A model generated the notes under the pieces. The model was given only the letters and a program-made list of their open reading frames with translations, was not told the DNA's origin and searched no databases. A stretch of DNA of 61,040 bases, filler included, from Callorhinchus milii (Eukaryota): NCBI RefSeq assembly GCF_018977255.1. It is 2 parts of 2 records of this genome, joined end to end, with 100 filler letters (N's around TTAATTAATTAA, not from the genome) between each part and the next. Parts side by side here need not be neighbours in the genome. Positions count along the whole stretch, not along the records: positions 30,674 to 61,040 come from NW_024705634.1; 1 more part is not named here. One strand, given 5' to 3'. Below, in pieces: positions 30,674-43,890 of this stretch. The translations under genes were made by a program, and so were the position numbers. The first letter of the stretch is position 1; every line of letters starts with the position of its first letter.

Positions 30674-30736
30674 AGAGAGGGGGAGAGGGAGAGAGTATGT
30701 CTGTATCTCGGAGCGCTCGGACCCCCAGGGAGGTGA

Positions 30737-33700
30737 TTATTTGGGGAAATCGTCCACCAATGGCTTCTGTGGCCACAGCCCTGCCCCCGCGGACAGGAAG
30801 TGCTGGTTCAGCAGACACTTGGCGTGTTGGTACCTCTGAGCCACCATCTGCAACAGGTCAACACAGGGTGGTCTCTCTCTCTCTCTCTCTACACCGAGCC
30901 CCCCCCACCCCCCAGCGCAACCTGCTCTCCCCCCAGCCCCGTACACACCTGCTCTCTCCCCAGCCCCGTACACACCTGCTCTCCCCCCAGCCCCGTACAC
31001 ACCTGCTCTCCCCCCAGCCCCGTACACACCTGCTCTCCCCCCAGCCCCGTACACACCTGCTCTACACGTTTACAATAATAATAATCCTCACGTTTGACCC
31101 GGCGCCTCATCGCATCTTCGAGACGTCTCAAAGCGCTTCACAGGATACGCATTAAAGTGGAGTGACTGCGTGTTTTGTGGGCCGTGGGCCGATTGCGCCC
31201 AGCGACGTCCCCGCAAACAGTCGTGGATTGAGGTGACCGAATTATTGTTATTTTTTTGAAGGAATTATTACCCCCCGGAAAAGCCATCCACCAATCGACT
31301 AACGACCGGATTCCTACTCACTGCTGGTAAACAGAGGCACACGCGTGTGTGTGTGTGTGTGCGTGCGTGCGGAGTAAGGAAAGTTACCCAACGTTTCGCC
31401 CTGGACCTGACCCGCCCGGGAATCAAACACCGGCTCTAACACCCGAGATACAGGACTTCTCAAAATCACTGCCTCAATTTAGATTCCCCTCAGACCTTTT
31501 GAGATATTTTGACCGTTAACCAGTCTGACGCAGCCTTTATCCTCCCTCTACCCACACAGTCCTCACTCACCTTGGCTTGCCGACATGTCGCGAGGTGCAG
31601 TAAATCCCGTCTGCTCATTCCCTTGGCTACAAGTCGGAAGGAGTAGAGCATGGCTGACTTGCACAGGCGGCTAGCCTGGCCACTTCCACTCTTAATAGGT
31701 GAACTGAACAAGATAAAATAACGTCAATAATAATCCTCGCATTCGATTATTACAGCGTCTTTCATGTCGGCAGGATGTCCCAAGCCGCTGGATAGCCAGG
31801 GATTTGGGACTCCCCCAGCACTGCACTAAAGTGTTGTGGAGTCCTGTAGGGTAGTGGGTAGAGCGCTCGACTCGCAAGCGAGAGGACTTGGGTTTGATTC
31901 CCGGCCGGGCGGGACAGTAGGTGGGGAGTAAGGAAACTTGCCTGAGGTTTCGCCCCGACCTGACCTGCCCTGCCCGGGAATCAGACCCGCTTGTGCGAGG
32001 TGACAGTTCTAACCACTGAGCTACAGCGCGCTATAATAATAATCCTGGGACTATCACGTCACGGAGGCGTCTCAAAGCGCTTCACAGGATACATGACTGT
32101 GTTTTGTGGGTTTCATCAGCAGGTGTGATGTTCAAAGTGAGAACACATGCTTTGGGCTGTGAAAGGGTCTGCGAGCAGAATCTGCGAGGTCCGATGGGAA
32201 CTAACACACTTAACTCTTCGGTGACCTTCCCCGTCGTCGCGTCCACGACCTCCAGCGTCCCGTCCCCCTGACACCAGTTCATGCTCAGCGTGGAACCAGG
32301 GGACTCGCTCTCCGGCTTCTCCTGCTGGTGGCAGAGGAAGAAGTGGCCTTGGCTGGGGTGAAGGGCTCCGGCAGTGCTTCCCGCAGGCTCTCGCCCACAC
32401 GCTGGTTCACGGCCTTTGCTACGGTGTTCACTGACTGCAACGGGCCGGCTGGTTTACAAACACAGGGAAGGGAGGGAGTGAAAAATGCTCAGAGATAGAT
32501 TACTATCATAGAATTATACAGCACAGAAGAGCACCATTCGGCCCATCGTGTCAGTGTCGCCTCTTTGAAACAGCGACCAAACTAGTCCCGCTCCGCTGCG
32601 CTCTCCCCATAACCCTGCAAATTTGTCCTCCACAAATACCCATCTACTTCCCCCTTGAAAGTTGTTATCGAATCGGTCATTGTTACTACCATAATAAAAA
32701 TAAATGATAATCCTTCATAATCCTCGCATTTGACACAGCGCCTTATTACGTTTTCGAGACAATTCAAAGCGCTTCACGGGACACGCTGTAAAGTGTAATG
32801 ACTGTGTACTTTGTGGGCGAAAAGCAGCAGCCAATTGAGCCCCAGCGATGTCCCGCAAACAGTCGTGGATTGAGAGACCGAATCATTATATTTTTGGAGG
32901 GATTACCCTGGAAAATGTGATCCGCCAATTGATTAACAACCGGGTTCCTGGTAAACGGAGGCGCGCGCGTGTGTGTGTGCGCGTGTGGTGAAGGGGGGGG
33001 GGTGGGAGAGTAAGGAAACTTGCCTAAGTTCTCGCCCCAACCTGACCCGCCCAGGAATCGAACCCGGAGCCTCTCTCTTGGCGATGGCTCGAACCACTCC
33101 TCTACAAGACCCCGAGTGATGATGGCGCTTACCCAGGACGATGCTGGTGATGTACAGAGGGTTGATGTAGTGGCTGAGGAGAGCGCCCTGGATACCCAAC
33201 ACCATCCAGCGAGCCAACTTGTCGCTGCCGCTCATACAGCAAACCCTGGCTGCGCTCACACTGAGCCGGCAACTAGCCACAGGCACCACCGCGCCTTTGG
33301 AGTGAACTTGCAGCCGCATTTCAGGGTTTCTGTACGGCTCTGGCTCCCTGTGGTAGAGAAAGCAAGGAAGAAAATGTTGTTAATAATAACAATAATTCTG
33401 GCAGTTGATACAGCTCCTCATCACGTCTTTGAGGCTTCTCAAAGCTCTTCACAGGATGCACTGTAAAGTGAATTGACTATATGGGCGAAACACGGCAGCC
33501 AATTGCCCACAGCAACGTCCCACAAACAGTCGTGAATTGAGTGACCCAATTTACTATTTATTTTTAAGGGATTACTACTTCTCCGGAAAGCGATCGACCA
33601 ATAACCCGCCCGGGAATCGAACCTGGGGTCCTCCTGCTTGGGAGGCGAGTGCTCTATCCGTGCTGATCGCCAAAGTCCCAATCAAGGGTTTATATTCTAT

Positions 33701-36108
33701 GCAAGTTTGATGTTAATCATGACTCTCCACATGACTTGTGAATGGTCCCACAAGCCTGATAAGGCTTACAGGAACTAATAATAATTCTTGCATTTGATAC
33801 AGCGCCTTATCAAGTCTTCGAGACGTCTCAAACTGCTTCACAGGATACACTGTAAAGTGAATTGACTGTTTATTTTGTGGGTCAAACCTTATGTGAGGTT
33901 AACTGTATAAAACAACTCGTGTGAGGATACCTACATGAGCTTGCTCTGAGCCGCCCCAGATGGCACTTGGCTGAGGTAGAGATGGATAAACACTTTGCTC
34001 TTGAGCGACAGACCGTTTTGGGCAGATTGGGAGAAGATACACTTGTCCAACGCGGTGGCATTGTTAGTGCAGGCCAGAAGCAGCTGCTTATACAGGTACC
34101 TGGAATAACAGATATCACAGTACACACACACGTTCCCTTCACAGTATATCCTGTAAAGTGCTTCAAGAGGTACAACAATTTGTACTTATATAGCGCCTCT
34201 CACACGGGGTAGTGTCCTGGAGCGCTTGACAGCGACGAGCGCTTTAACCACTATGCTATGGGGGGACACCACAAACTGCGTCCGCCACCCCCTTGTGTGC
34301 AGACCCCCATTTGTGCGGTCACAGAATTCCTGTCTCAGTCAGTACCTCTGGAACGCTCGCCTCGCTACCACCACCGCATGGCAGTCGTGCAGTAACCGTC
34401 CGTCAAAATGCATCCAACCGCTGTAACAAGTATCACCTGTTCCCAAAGCAACAACTTCATAGCATTCACTGGTCTCCCCTTTGGAATCCTCTGTCACTAT
34501 CAAAACAACAACACGTGACATTTACACAGCGCCTGTCACGTCGAGAAGATGTACCAAGTTGCTGGACAGTCAGGGATTTTACCCCGAGCTGGACTGGGGG
34601 ATGGGATCAGGAGGGGTGGAGGGCAGGGAGGGTGGGGGTAGGAGCTTGGATTGAGAGACCAAATTATTATTATTATCATTATTTGTTATTTGGAGGGATT
34701 ATTATTACCCCCCGGAAAGTGATTCCCCCAATCCGCTAACAAGTGGGTTCCTGCTGACTGCTGGGAAACACAGGCATGTGTGTGTGTGTGTGTGGTATGT
34801 GTGCGTGTCTGCACGCGCGTGTGTGGAGTAAGGAAACTTTCCTAAGATTTCGCCCTGACCTGACCTGCCCAGGAATCAAACCTGGATCCTCTCGTTTGTG
34901 AGCGCTCTAACCACTCCAAGTAAAGTGGAAAGTGAATGTTGTTCTATAGAATTGAGCTATATTAAGAATCACTGACTGCCAGCACCTATAATCAAACATA
35001 CGTAGGCTATAATCACTCCGTAGGTGGTTGTAACTTACCTCTCTCCACTATGAAAGCTGCTAAACTCCCCCCATGGCTCTTGTGCTTGGGAACAGAGTTT
35101 AAGAGGATGTTAAATACACAGCTGCTCACTGCTGCACAGCGGATGGGGTGAATAACTGGGTTTTCTGAAACAAAAGAGGGATAGAAACACACAAATAAGA
35201 ATAAATTGGTCACTCAATCCATGATTGTTTGTGGGACGCTGCTGTGTGCAATTGGCTGCCGCGTCTCGCCCACAAAATATAGTCAATTCACATTACAGTA
35301 TATCCCGTGAAGCGCTTTGAGACGTCTAGAAGACATGATAAGACGCTGAATCAAATGCAAGGGTTATTATTTTGAAGGAATACATTCTCAACACAGGAGA
35401 CCATTCAGCCCATTGCGTCTGTATCTCTGCTTCCTAACTTCCTAAATCATATTCGAAACTCTGTCACACTCTCCCTCTATCCCTCCCTCCACCTTGCCCC
35501 CAACCTCTTCCCCATCTTCAGGTCGCGCCTGACGACCTTCCTCTTCCACCACGCCTACAGTCAACTCCCCCCTCCCTCCCCCCGGCTCGGCATCGTGCTG
35601 GGACGCTGCGCTGCGTGAGGGGAGCTGTGTAAATGCAAGTTGTTTTTTTATTAAACAAATCTCCAAATCTTTCCAAATCTCTTCCTACACCACATTCTTC
35701 AACGCTTTAACTCCCGTGTGTCGCTCCTCGCGCCCCTCAAGAGTTTTGAGCCTCAGCTATTCTTACCGTTCGGCTTCTGTAGCTTTCTCACAGGTGCTGT
35801 CCGGTTGCTGTTGGGTGGTTCAGGAAGCGCTGCTGATTAAGGACAAACACATCATTTCTTGAGCCAACGCCAATCAGAACAAAATTTAATACAACAATAA
35901 TAATAATAATCCTTACATTTGATACAGCTGCCTATCGCGTCTTTGAGACGTCTTAAAGCGCTTCACAGGATATACTGTAAGGTGTAGCTACTGTATATCT
36001 CGTGGGCGAAATGCGGCAGCCAATTGCGCACAGTTTGGGGAGAAAGCAGGGAATGGGATTGGAGTAGAGAGCTCCAGTGGGGGAGCGAGCACCAGCAGGC
36101 ACGGCGGG

Positions 36109-36145
<37 letters not shown>

Positions 36146-38750
36146 CGGAAAATGGGGTTAGAGGAAAAAGCTCAAGTGGGGGAGTGAGCACCAGCACAGA
36201 CACTGTAACCCTTATTTGCCATAGTTTCTGCAGTGCCTGTGGGGTGTTAGGGGGAAGCACCTTCAGTGAGTGGTTCCTGCAGCCTTGCTCGGGAGCAGTT
36301 CCATCGCAGGCCTGCTGGGAGCGCTGTTGGATTGTTCTTAAAACAACAACAACAACAACAACTACTACAGGCAGGGGAGCAGTGCGACTGCAGAGCTGCG
36401 TCGCAGCTCAGCTTCGATAACCACGTTCACCTTGATCTCCAATCAATCTCGCGGCGCCGAGCGACGCCTCAAAGCGCTTCACGGGACACACCGTAAAGTG
36501 TCGGTGACCGTGTATTTTGTTTGGGAGATCCGCGGCAGCCAATTGCCCACAGCAGCGTCTCACAACCAACCACGGGTTGAGTGACCAAATTTTTGGGAGC
36601 GATCCGCCATTCGACTAACAACCGGGTTCTGACTGACTGCTGTGTAAACAGAGGTGTGCGTGTGTGTGTGTGTGAGTGTGCGCGCGCGTGCGAGGGTATA
36701 GCCCTGACCCTCCCGCCTGGTCCTCTCAGTCGCTTCCTTGCGAGGGGAGTGTGCTAATCACTACGCCACGGAGAACCCGATGACTCACTTACCCACTCAT
36801 TCACCCAAGGCTGCACTCTCCCCCCTCCTCGCTCCCTCCCTCCCTTCCCTCCCCTCACCCTGACCGTTCCCCCCCCCCCCAGTGCTCGGGTCCCGACCCA
36901 ACTGTCCAGCGCCTTGGGACGTCCTCCCGACGTGAAAGGCGATCTTGTTGTTGTTGTTGTTGTACCCTTCGAGACTTTCTGCTGCAGTTGTTTGCTGAGT
37001 TCCTTCAAGGCAATCTGAGCGCAGTTGTACTTGGCTTCTTTTTTGCTGCTGCCGACACCCTCTTCATACTCGACCCCGTCGACCACGGCACGAATCGAGT
37101 AGCAGAACATTGCCGTGGCTCCTGCCAAACAGAGCAAGAGACAGTCAGTACGTTTTTTTTTCCCCTCCCGTTTACAAACTCGGCCGCAACTTGCACTCGA
37201 ATAGCCCCATTCAAACAACAATGTGCATTTTCACAGCGCCCCCTCACGCAGTTTAGCGCCCCAGAGCTCTTGTCAGTGGCAGAGCACGAACCCGAGCCGG
37301 GGGGAGGGAGTAGGGGGAGGAGGTGACGGTCGAAGAGGAAGGTCTTCAGGCCAGACCTGAAGATGGGGAAGGAGGAGGGGGGCAAGGAGCAGAGGTTGAG
37401 GGAAGAGAGTGACAGAGTTTCAGGGTGTAGTGACTGAAAGCTCGGCCGCCAATGGAGGGCATGACAACAACAAATGACATTTGCACACCCAGCCCATAGC
37501 TCCCTGCTCTACCAACAACAACCACCTGCATTTAGGGACAGAGGAGGCCATTCAGCCCCTCGAGCCTGTTCCGCCATTCTTTTAGATCATGGCTGATCTG
37601 TACCTCCACTCCCAAATTACAGAGCACCTTCACAAAAGTGAAGTGTGTGTGTAGAGTAAGGAAACGTGCCTAAGGTTCGCGTTGACCTGACTCGCCTGCG
37701 AATCAAACCTGGGTCGCTTATGAGGCAAATGCTCTAACCACTGCACCGTGGCACTTCACACGGCCCCCCACCCCTCATCTGCACCTTTGTACTCCCTTCC
37801 TCCATTGGGTAACACGTATGATTTAGAATACCTGAATTCTCCACCTCACGGAAATGCACGGAACATCCTTTGCGTTGGGAAAAGACGTGCAGAGCAGATA
37901 CGGGGTTCACATTCTTATCTTTAAACAGGCTCAGCAAATCCATCAGAGTTTCCTCATCTGGCTCCAAGACTGCAGAAGGCTCGTCCGCATGACCTAACGG
38001 AAAGTCAATAACAATATAGCGCCGCCTCACGCAGAGTGGCGTCCAGAGCGCTTAAAAGACGTAAGCTTCCAATTATAAATAACGATAATAATCCTTGCAT
38101 TTGACGCAGCGCCTTATCACCTTATCACGTCCTCGAGACGTCTCAAAGCACTTCGCAGGGCACACTGTAAAGTGGTGTGACTGCATTTTGTGGGTGAAAC
38201 GTGGCAGCCAATTGCGCCCAGCGACGTCAACCCACAAACAGTCGTGGATTGAGTGACCAAATTATTATTTCTTTTAAGGGATTATCACCCCCGGAAAGCA
38301 ATTGGCCGATTGATTAACAAGCGGGTTCCTACTGACTGCTGATAAACAGAAGTGTGCGCACGTGTGTGTGGAGTAAGGAAACTCGCTTAAGGTTTTGCCT
38401 TGATCTGACCCGGCCGGTCCTGTCGCTGGTGAGTCAAGCACTCAAACCACTGTGAGATCCCTCTCCCATGCACCAAGTTTCCTCTTGTTGATTCCTTAAG
38501 CACCTGTTTCAGTCGCGTCAGTCTGCATCAACAATTGCCCATTGCTCTCCGTTGTCTCACTTGGGAGCTGTGGTGTGGTACACGCAGATGCATTGGCCCC
38601 CGGTTCCGCCGTGGAAACGTCCGGAACAGAGGCCCCGGTCGCCTCCTCTTCCGAGCAGCTAACGCCGGCCTTCGAAGGCGAGCTGGCCACGTGCAGAGGC
38701 AACAAAGCGGCCAATCGAATGGATCGTCTGCTCTCCTTGGGCCTTTCCAT
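30737..38750 (-). CDS. ADAD2: Adenosine deaminase domain-containing protein 2-like (dsRBD + inactive ADAR-type deaminase), ~588 aa
   Basis: GT-AG exons read by eye: 38750-38504, 37993-37832, 37121-36966, 35832-35767, 35164-35039, 34496-34346, 34099-33935, 33347-33133, 32448-32215, 31703-31571, 30847-30737. dsRBD NPVSALH...[20 protein letters not shown]. Deaminase motifs [47 protein letters not shown]. Phases are consistent except one missing base in exon 9. ADAD2 rather than ADAD1 is judged from recalled motifs (RCAA, GWxxFxG, LHDCH). Confidence 0.88.
30905..31062. repeat. 27-bp minisatellite (~5 copies) in the last ADAD2 intron
   Basis: Unit cacctgctctccccccagccccgtaca. Confidence 0.9.
31075..38450 (-). 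mobile_element. Cluster of tRNA/Deu-domain-type SINE copies in ADAD2 introns
   Basis: Shared body (aaagcgcttcacaggatacactgtaaagtg...gcagccaattgcgc...aaacagtcgtggattgag) with a B-box head, at ~31080-31440, 32705-33100, 33390-33670, 33780-33880, 34650-34915, 35210-35370 (plus), 35900-36035, 36440-36660 and 38085-38450. Family name recalled from shark SINEs, not verified. Confidence 0.75.
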
Positions 38751-39465
38751 CGCGCTCAGCGTCCTAACGCTTTCTAAAATACAACAAGGACTCGTCACCA
38801 CGGGACCCACACCACCAGTTCCTGTCCCACTCCTGGTCACCCGCCCTCCTGACGTTGGACGCAACAATAATTTCCAGTTGGATAGTGAACGACAACTTGC
38901 GTTTATGTACAAATATAATCTTGTTGTTGTTATATAGTGCCCTCACACAGGGCAGCGTCCCCGAAACCCATCCAACAAGCGGTTCCTACTTACGGCGCGT
39001 AACAGCGGCGCGCACGCGTGTGCGCGTGTGTGTGCGCTCGTGTGTAGTCAGGAACCTCGCCTAAGGTTTCTCCCTGACCTTGCCCGCCCGGGAATCAAAC
39101 CCCAGGTCCTCTCGCTCGCTCGCGCTCCGACCGCTACCCGCGTCAGGGGAGAAAGGAAGAAATTCGAGAAAAAAAAACACGAGGGACCCCATTCAACCCA
39201 CCCACCCACTCCCTCCCTCCCTCCCTCCCTCCCCCAGGGTCGCTGCACGACCCTCGCCCCAGGAGGTTTGGACTCAGAACATGTGGCTTTAGATCAGGAT
39301 CAAGTTGCTTGTGTAAAACTGTTATTAAAACACAGCTTTGTTGAGAGGATTAAACGCAGTAATCCAATAGCAGACGCTCAGCAGCTCCTAATAAACCACT
39401 GAAACCTCTCATAGCTCTAAATCCGGACGGGTTGCTCCGAAGATGAGTGAGTGATAGGTTTCCGT

Positions 39466-41516
39466 CCCTCTCTTTCTCTCTCATTCTCTCTCTCTCTGTC
39501 TCTCTTTCGCTCTAAATCACTTCCTCTTTCTCTCGTACACATTCTCTCAATCACTCCCTCCCTTTCACTCTCTCTCTCTCAATCACTCCCTCTCTCTCAT
39601 TCACTCTCATTCTCTCTCTCATTCACTCCCTCTCTCATTCTCTCTTTCACTCCCTCTCTCATTCTCTCTCATTCACTCCCTCTCTCTTTCTCTCTCAATT
39701 ACTCCCGCTCTCTTTCCCTCTCTCATTCACTCTCTATTTCTCTCTCAATCACTCCCCCTCTCTCATTCACTCCTTCTCACTCTCTCATTCATTCACTCCC
39801 TCTCTCATTCACTCCCTCTTTCAATCACTCCCTCTCTCTCATTCTTTCATTCTCTCTCATTCACTCTCTATCTCTCTGTCTCTCATTCACTCCCTCTCTT
39901 TCTCTCTCATTCACTCCCTCTCTCATTCACTCCCTCTCTCTCTCTCATTCACTCCCTCTTTCTCCCTCATTCACTCCCTCTCTTTCTCTCTCATTCACTC
40001 CCTCTCTTTCTCTCTCATTCATTCCCTCTCTCATTCACTTCCTCTCTTTCTCTCATTCACTCCCTCTCTCTTTCTCTCATTCACTCCTTCTCTTTCTCTC
40101 TCATTCACTCCCTCTCTTTCTCTCTCATTCACTCCCTCTCTCTCTCTCTCTCATTCACTCCCTCTTTCCTCTCTCAGTCTCTCATTCACTCCCTCTCTCT
40201 CTCTCTTTCACATTCACTCCCTCTCTCTCTTTCACTTCTCTTTCTCTCATTCACTCCCTCTTTTTCTCTCATTCACTCCCTCTCTCTCCCTCATTCACTT
40301 CCTCTCTTTCTCTCTCATTCACTCCCTCTCTTTCTCTCTCATTCACTCCCTCTCTCTCCCTCATTCACTCCCTCTTTCTCTCTCATTCACTCCCTCTCTC
40401 TCCCTCATTCACTCCCTCTCTTTCTCTCTCATTCACTCCCTCTCTCTCTTTCACTTCCTCTTTCTCTCATTCACTCCCTCTTTTTCTCTCATTCACTCCC
40501 TCTCTTTCTCTCTCAATCACTCCCTCTCTCTCTTTCTCTTATTCACTCCCTCTCTCTCTCATTCACTCCCCCTCTTTCTCTCTCATTCACTCCCTCTCTC
40601 TTTCTCTCATTCACTCCCTCTCTTTCTCTCTCAATCACTCTCTCTCTCTCAATCACTCCCTCTCTCTCTTTTTCTTATTCACTCCCTCTCTCTCTCATTC
40701 ACTCCCTCTCTTTCTCTCTCATTCACTCCCTCTCTCTCCCTCATTCACTTCCTCTCTTTCTCTCTCATTCACTCCCTCTCTCTCCCTCATTCACTCCCTC
40801 TCTTTCTCTCTCATTCACTCCCTCTCTCTCTCATTCACTCCCTCTCTTTCTCTCTCATTCACTCCCTCTCTCTCTTTCACTTCCTCTTTCTCTCATTCAC
40901 TCCCTTTTTCTCTCATTCACTCCCTCTCTTTCTCTCTCAATCACTCCCTCTCTCTCTTTCTCTTATTCACTCCCTCTCTCTCTCTCATTCACTCCCTCTC
41001 TTTCTCTCTCATTCACTCCCTCTCTCATTCACTCCCTCTCTCTTTCTCTCATTCACTCCCTCTCTTTCTTTCTCATTTACTCCCTCTCTTTCTCTCTCAT
41101 TCACTCCCTCTCTTTCTCTCATTCACTCCCTCTCTTTCTTTCTCATTCACTCCCTCTCTTTCTTTCTCATTCACTTCCTCTCTTTCTCTCATTCACTCCC
41201 TCTCTCTTTCTCTCATTCACTCCCTCTCTTTCTCTCTCATTCACTCCCTCTCTTTCTCTCTCATTCACTCCCTCTCTTTCTCTCTCATTCACTCCCTCTC
41301 TCTCATTCACTTCCTCTCTTTCTCTCTCATTCACTCCCTCTCTCTCATTCACTTCCTCTCTCTCTCTCTCATTCACTTCCTCTCTTTCTCTCTCATTCAC
41401 TCCCTCTCTCTCTTTCTCTTATTCACTCCCTCTCTGTCTCTCATTCACTCCCTCTCTCTCTCGTTCATTCATTCATTCACTCTCTCTCCCTCACTCCGTA
41501 TCTCTCTCTCTCTCCT
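39466..41516. repeat. ~2-kb pyrimidine-rich (TCATTCACTCCCTCTC)n satellite
   Basis: Almost G-free plus strand. It produces the spurious 737-aa Ser/Leu/His/Phe ORF. Confidence 0.95.
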
Positions 41517-41523
41517 CTGTCAC

Positions 41524-41885
41524 CTTCTCACGACGACAACCGCCGCCCACAGCGCTGCGCGAGAAGGCAAAAATGGCGCCAACCGGAAGAGAAGGCGGGA
41601 CCAGGCGGCCGATGCCAATCAGAGGTTGAGGAGGGCACGAGTGAGGGAGGGAGTAAGTGAGTGACGCGCTATCTGACCAATCACAGCTCGACCTCCCGCT
41701 GATTGACGTAAATTGGAGCCAATCGGAGGTCGTGTTGGCGCGGCGCCTCCGCGAGCTCCCGACCAATCAGAGCCGAGAGGGGGCGTGGGTCTGTCGATCG
41801 ATTAATTGACAGGTGCGAAGGCCAATCAGAGCGGAGCTTTCCGCGTGACGCAAAGGGCGGAGTCTAAACCAATCAGAGGGTGGCT
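41524..41885 (-). promoter_or_regulatory. CpG-rich promoter and probable non-coding exon 1 of ADAD2-like
   Basis: CCAAT boxes at ~41615, 41677, 41719, 41763, 41822 and 41869. YY1-like AAAATGGCG ~41570, ETS-like CCGGAAG ~41583, GC boxes. Minus-strand donor GAAG|GTGACA at 41524. Confidence 0.7.
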
Positions 41886-41982
41886 TTCAGGTGATTGATA
41901 GGTGAAGCGATCCCGCCCCCCTGGACCATGTCCCCATATGGGATGGAATCCATAACCTTCTATTGCAGAGACAGCGGAGTCC

Positions 41983-42695
41983 CTGTACCCCAGGGGTTAG
42001 ACCCCTCACCCCCACCCCACAGCCACAGGGGTTAGACCCCTCACCCCCACCCCACAACCCCTGTACCCCAGGGGTTAGACCCTCACCCCACCCACAGCCA
42101 CAGGGGTTAGACCCCTCATCCCCACCCACAGCCACAGGGGTTAGACCCCTCACCCCCACCCCACAGCCACAGGGGTTAGACCCCTCACCCCCACCCCACA
42201 GCCCCTGTAGCTCAGGGGTTAGACCCCTCACCCCCTCCCCCCTACAGCCCCTGTAGCTCATGGGGTTAGACCCCTCACCCCCACCCCACAGCCACAGGGG
42301 TTAGACCCCTCACCCCCACCCCACAGCCACAGGGGTTAGACCCCTCACCCCCACCCCACAGCCACAGGGGTTAGACCCCTCACCCCCACTCCACAACCAC
42401 AGGGGTTAGACCCCTCACCCCCACCCACAGCCACAGGGTTAGACCCCTCACCACACACCACAGCCCCTGTAGCTCAGGGGTTAGACCCCTCACCCCCCAC
42501 CCCACAGCCCTGTAGCTCAGGGTTAGACCCCTCACCCCCACCCCACAGCCCCTGTAGCTCAGGGGTTAGACCCCTCACCCCCCACCCCACAGCCCCTGTA
42601 GCTCAGGGGTTAGACCCCCCACCCCACAGCCCCTGTAGCTCAGGGGTTAGACCCCCCACCCCACAGCCCCTGTAGCTCAGGGGTTAGACCCCTCG
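41983..42695 (+). repeat. 36-43-bp tandem array derived from a SINE head, running into a full SINE (~42670-43000)
   Basis: Unit (cccctgtagctca)ggggttagacccctcacccccaccccacag. The last unit continues into ...gggttcgattccc and the SINE body. Confidence 0.85.
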
Positions 42696-43009
42696 CCTCA
42701 CAAGTCAGAGGACCCGGGTTCGATTCCCGAGCGGTTCAGGTCAGAGTGAAACCTTACACCCCCCAACCCCCCCCCCACCCCCCACACGCACACACATACA
42801 CACAACACGCCTAACACGCGCTGTGTCCGGCAGTCAGTGGGAACCCGGCTGTTAGTCGATTGGGGGGGGGATCACTTTCCGGGGGTAATAATCCCTTCAA
42901 AACAATAAAAAATTTTGGTCACACAACCCACGGCTGTCTGTGGGACGTCGCTGGGCGCAATTGGCTGCCGCGTTTCGCCCACAAAACACACAGTCGCTCC
43001 ACTTTACTC

Positions 43010-43890
43010 CCGATTGGCTCGCGCCAGCGCCTCCGCACCTCAGGCTCTGGCAGCATCAACCTCCATGGTTGCACACCGCCAGTCAGGAACCTGGGGGTCT
43101 TATTCAACCCTCATCTGTCTTTTCTTCCCCACATCCAAGCCATGATCCGCTCTGCCTTCCCTCACCTCCATAACATCTCCTGACTCCGCCACTCCCTTAC
43201 CCCTCAGGCCACTGAAACTCTTGTTCATGCCTTAATAATAATAAAATAATAATAATAATAATCCTTGCATTCGATATAGCGCTTTTCACGTCGGGAGGAC
43301 GTCCCAAAGCGCTTCACAGAACACACTGTAAAGTGAATTGACTGTGTATTTGTGGGCGAACGCGGCAGCCAATTGCGCACAGCAATGTCCCACAAACAGT
43401 CATATGGATTGAAAATGACCAATTTATTATTGTTTGTGGTTTTGGAGGATTATTATTAGGCTCTGTGTGGAGTAAGGAAACTTGCCCAAGTTTCGCCCTC
43501 TGCTGGCCTTCATCCCCTCCAGGCTCGACTATGCAAACGCTCTGCGTGTCGGCCTTCCCAACCCCTCCCTCCACAGCTGCAGATAATCCAGAACTCTGCC
43601 GCCCGTGTCCTCTCCCGCACCAAACTCCGTGACCCCATCTCCCCCACTCTCGGCCGACTCCATTGGCTCCCTATCCTTCAGAGGATCCAGTTTAAGATCC
43701 TGGTCCTCACCTACAACGCCCTCCATGGCCTCGCCCCACCCTATCTCTGTGACCTGCTAACCCCCTACCAACCCGCCCGCTCCCTCCGCTCAGCCGCTCC
43801 GGCTGCTCCACGTCCCCCGACCCACCCGCCCCACCATTGGCGTGAGAGCCTTCAGCCGCTCTGCCCCCAACCTCTGGAATTCCGTCCCCC
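43010..43890 (+). mobile_element. L2 LINE 3' fragment interrupted by a SINE
   Basis: Translations VRNLGVLF..., RLDYANAL..., [12 protein letters not shown] and LHWLP...FKIL are typical of the L2 ORF2 C-terminus. SINE at ~43250-43500. Confidence 0.8.

Noticed and set aside
30574..30737. Functional linkage of the ZNF cluster with ADAD2-like
   Set aside because: The adjacency is created by an artificial linker.
39451..41664. 737-aa ORF
   Set aside because: Translation of a CT-rich satellite (low-complexity S/L/H/F/P); it lacks stops only because of base composition.
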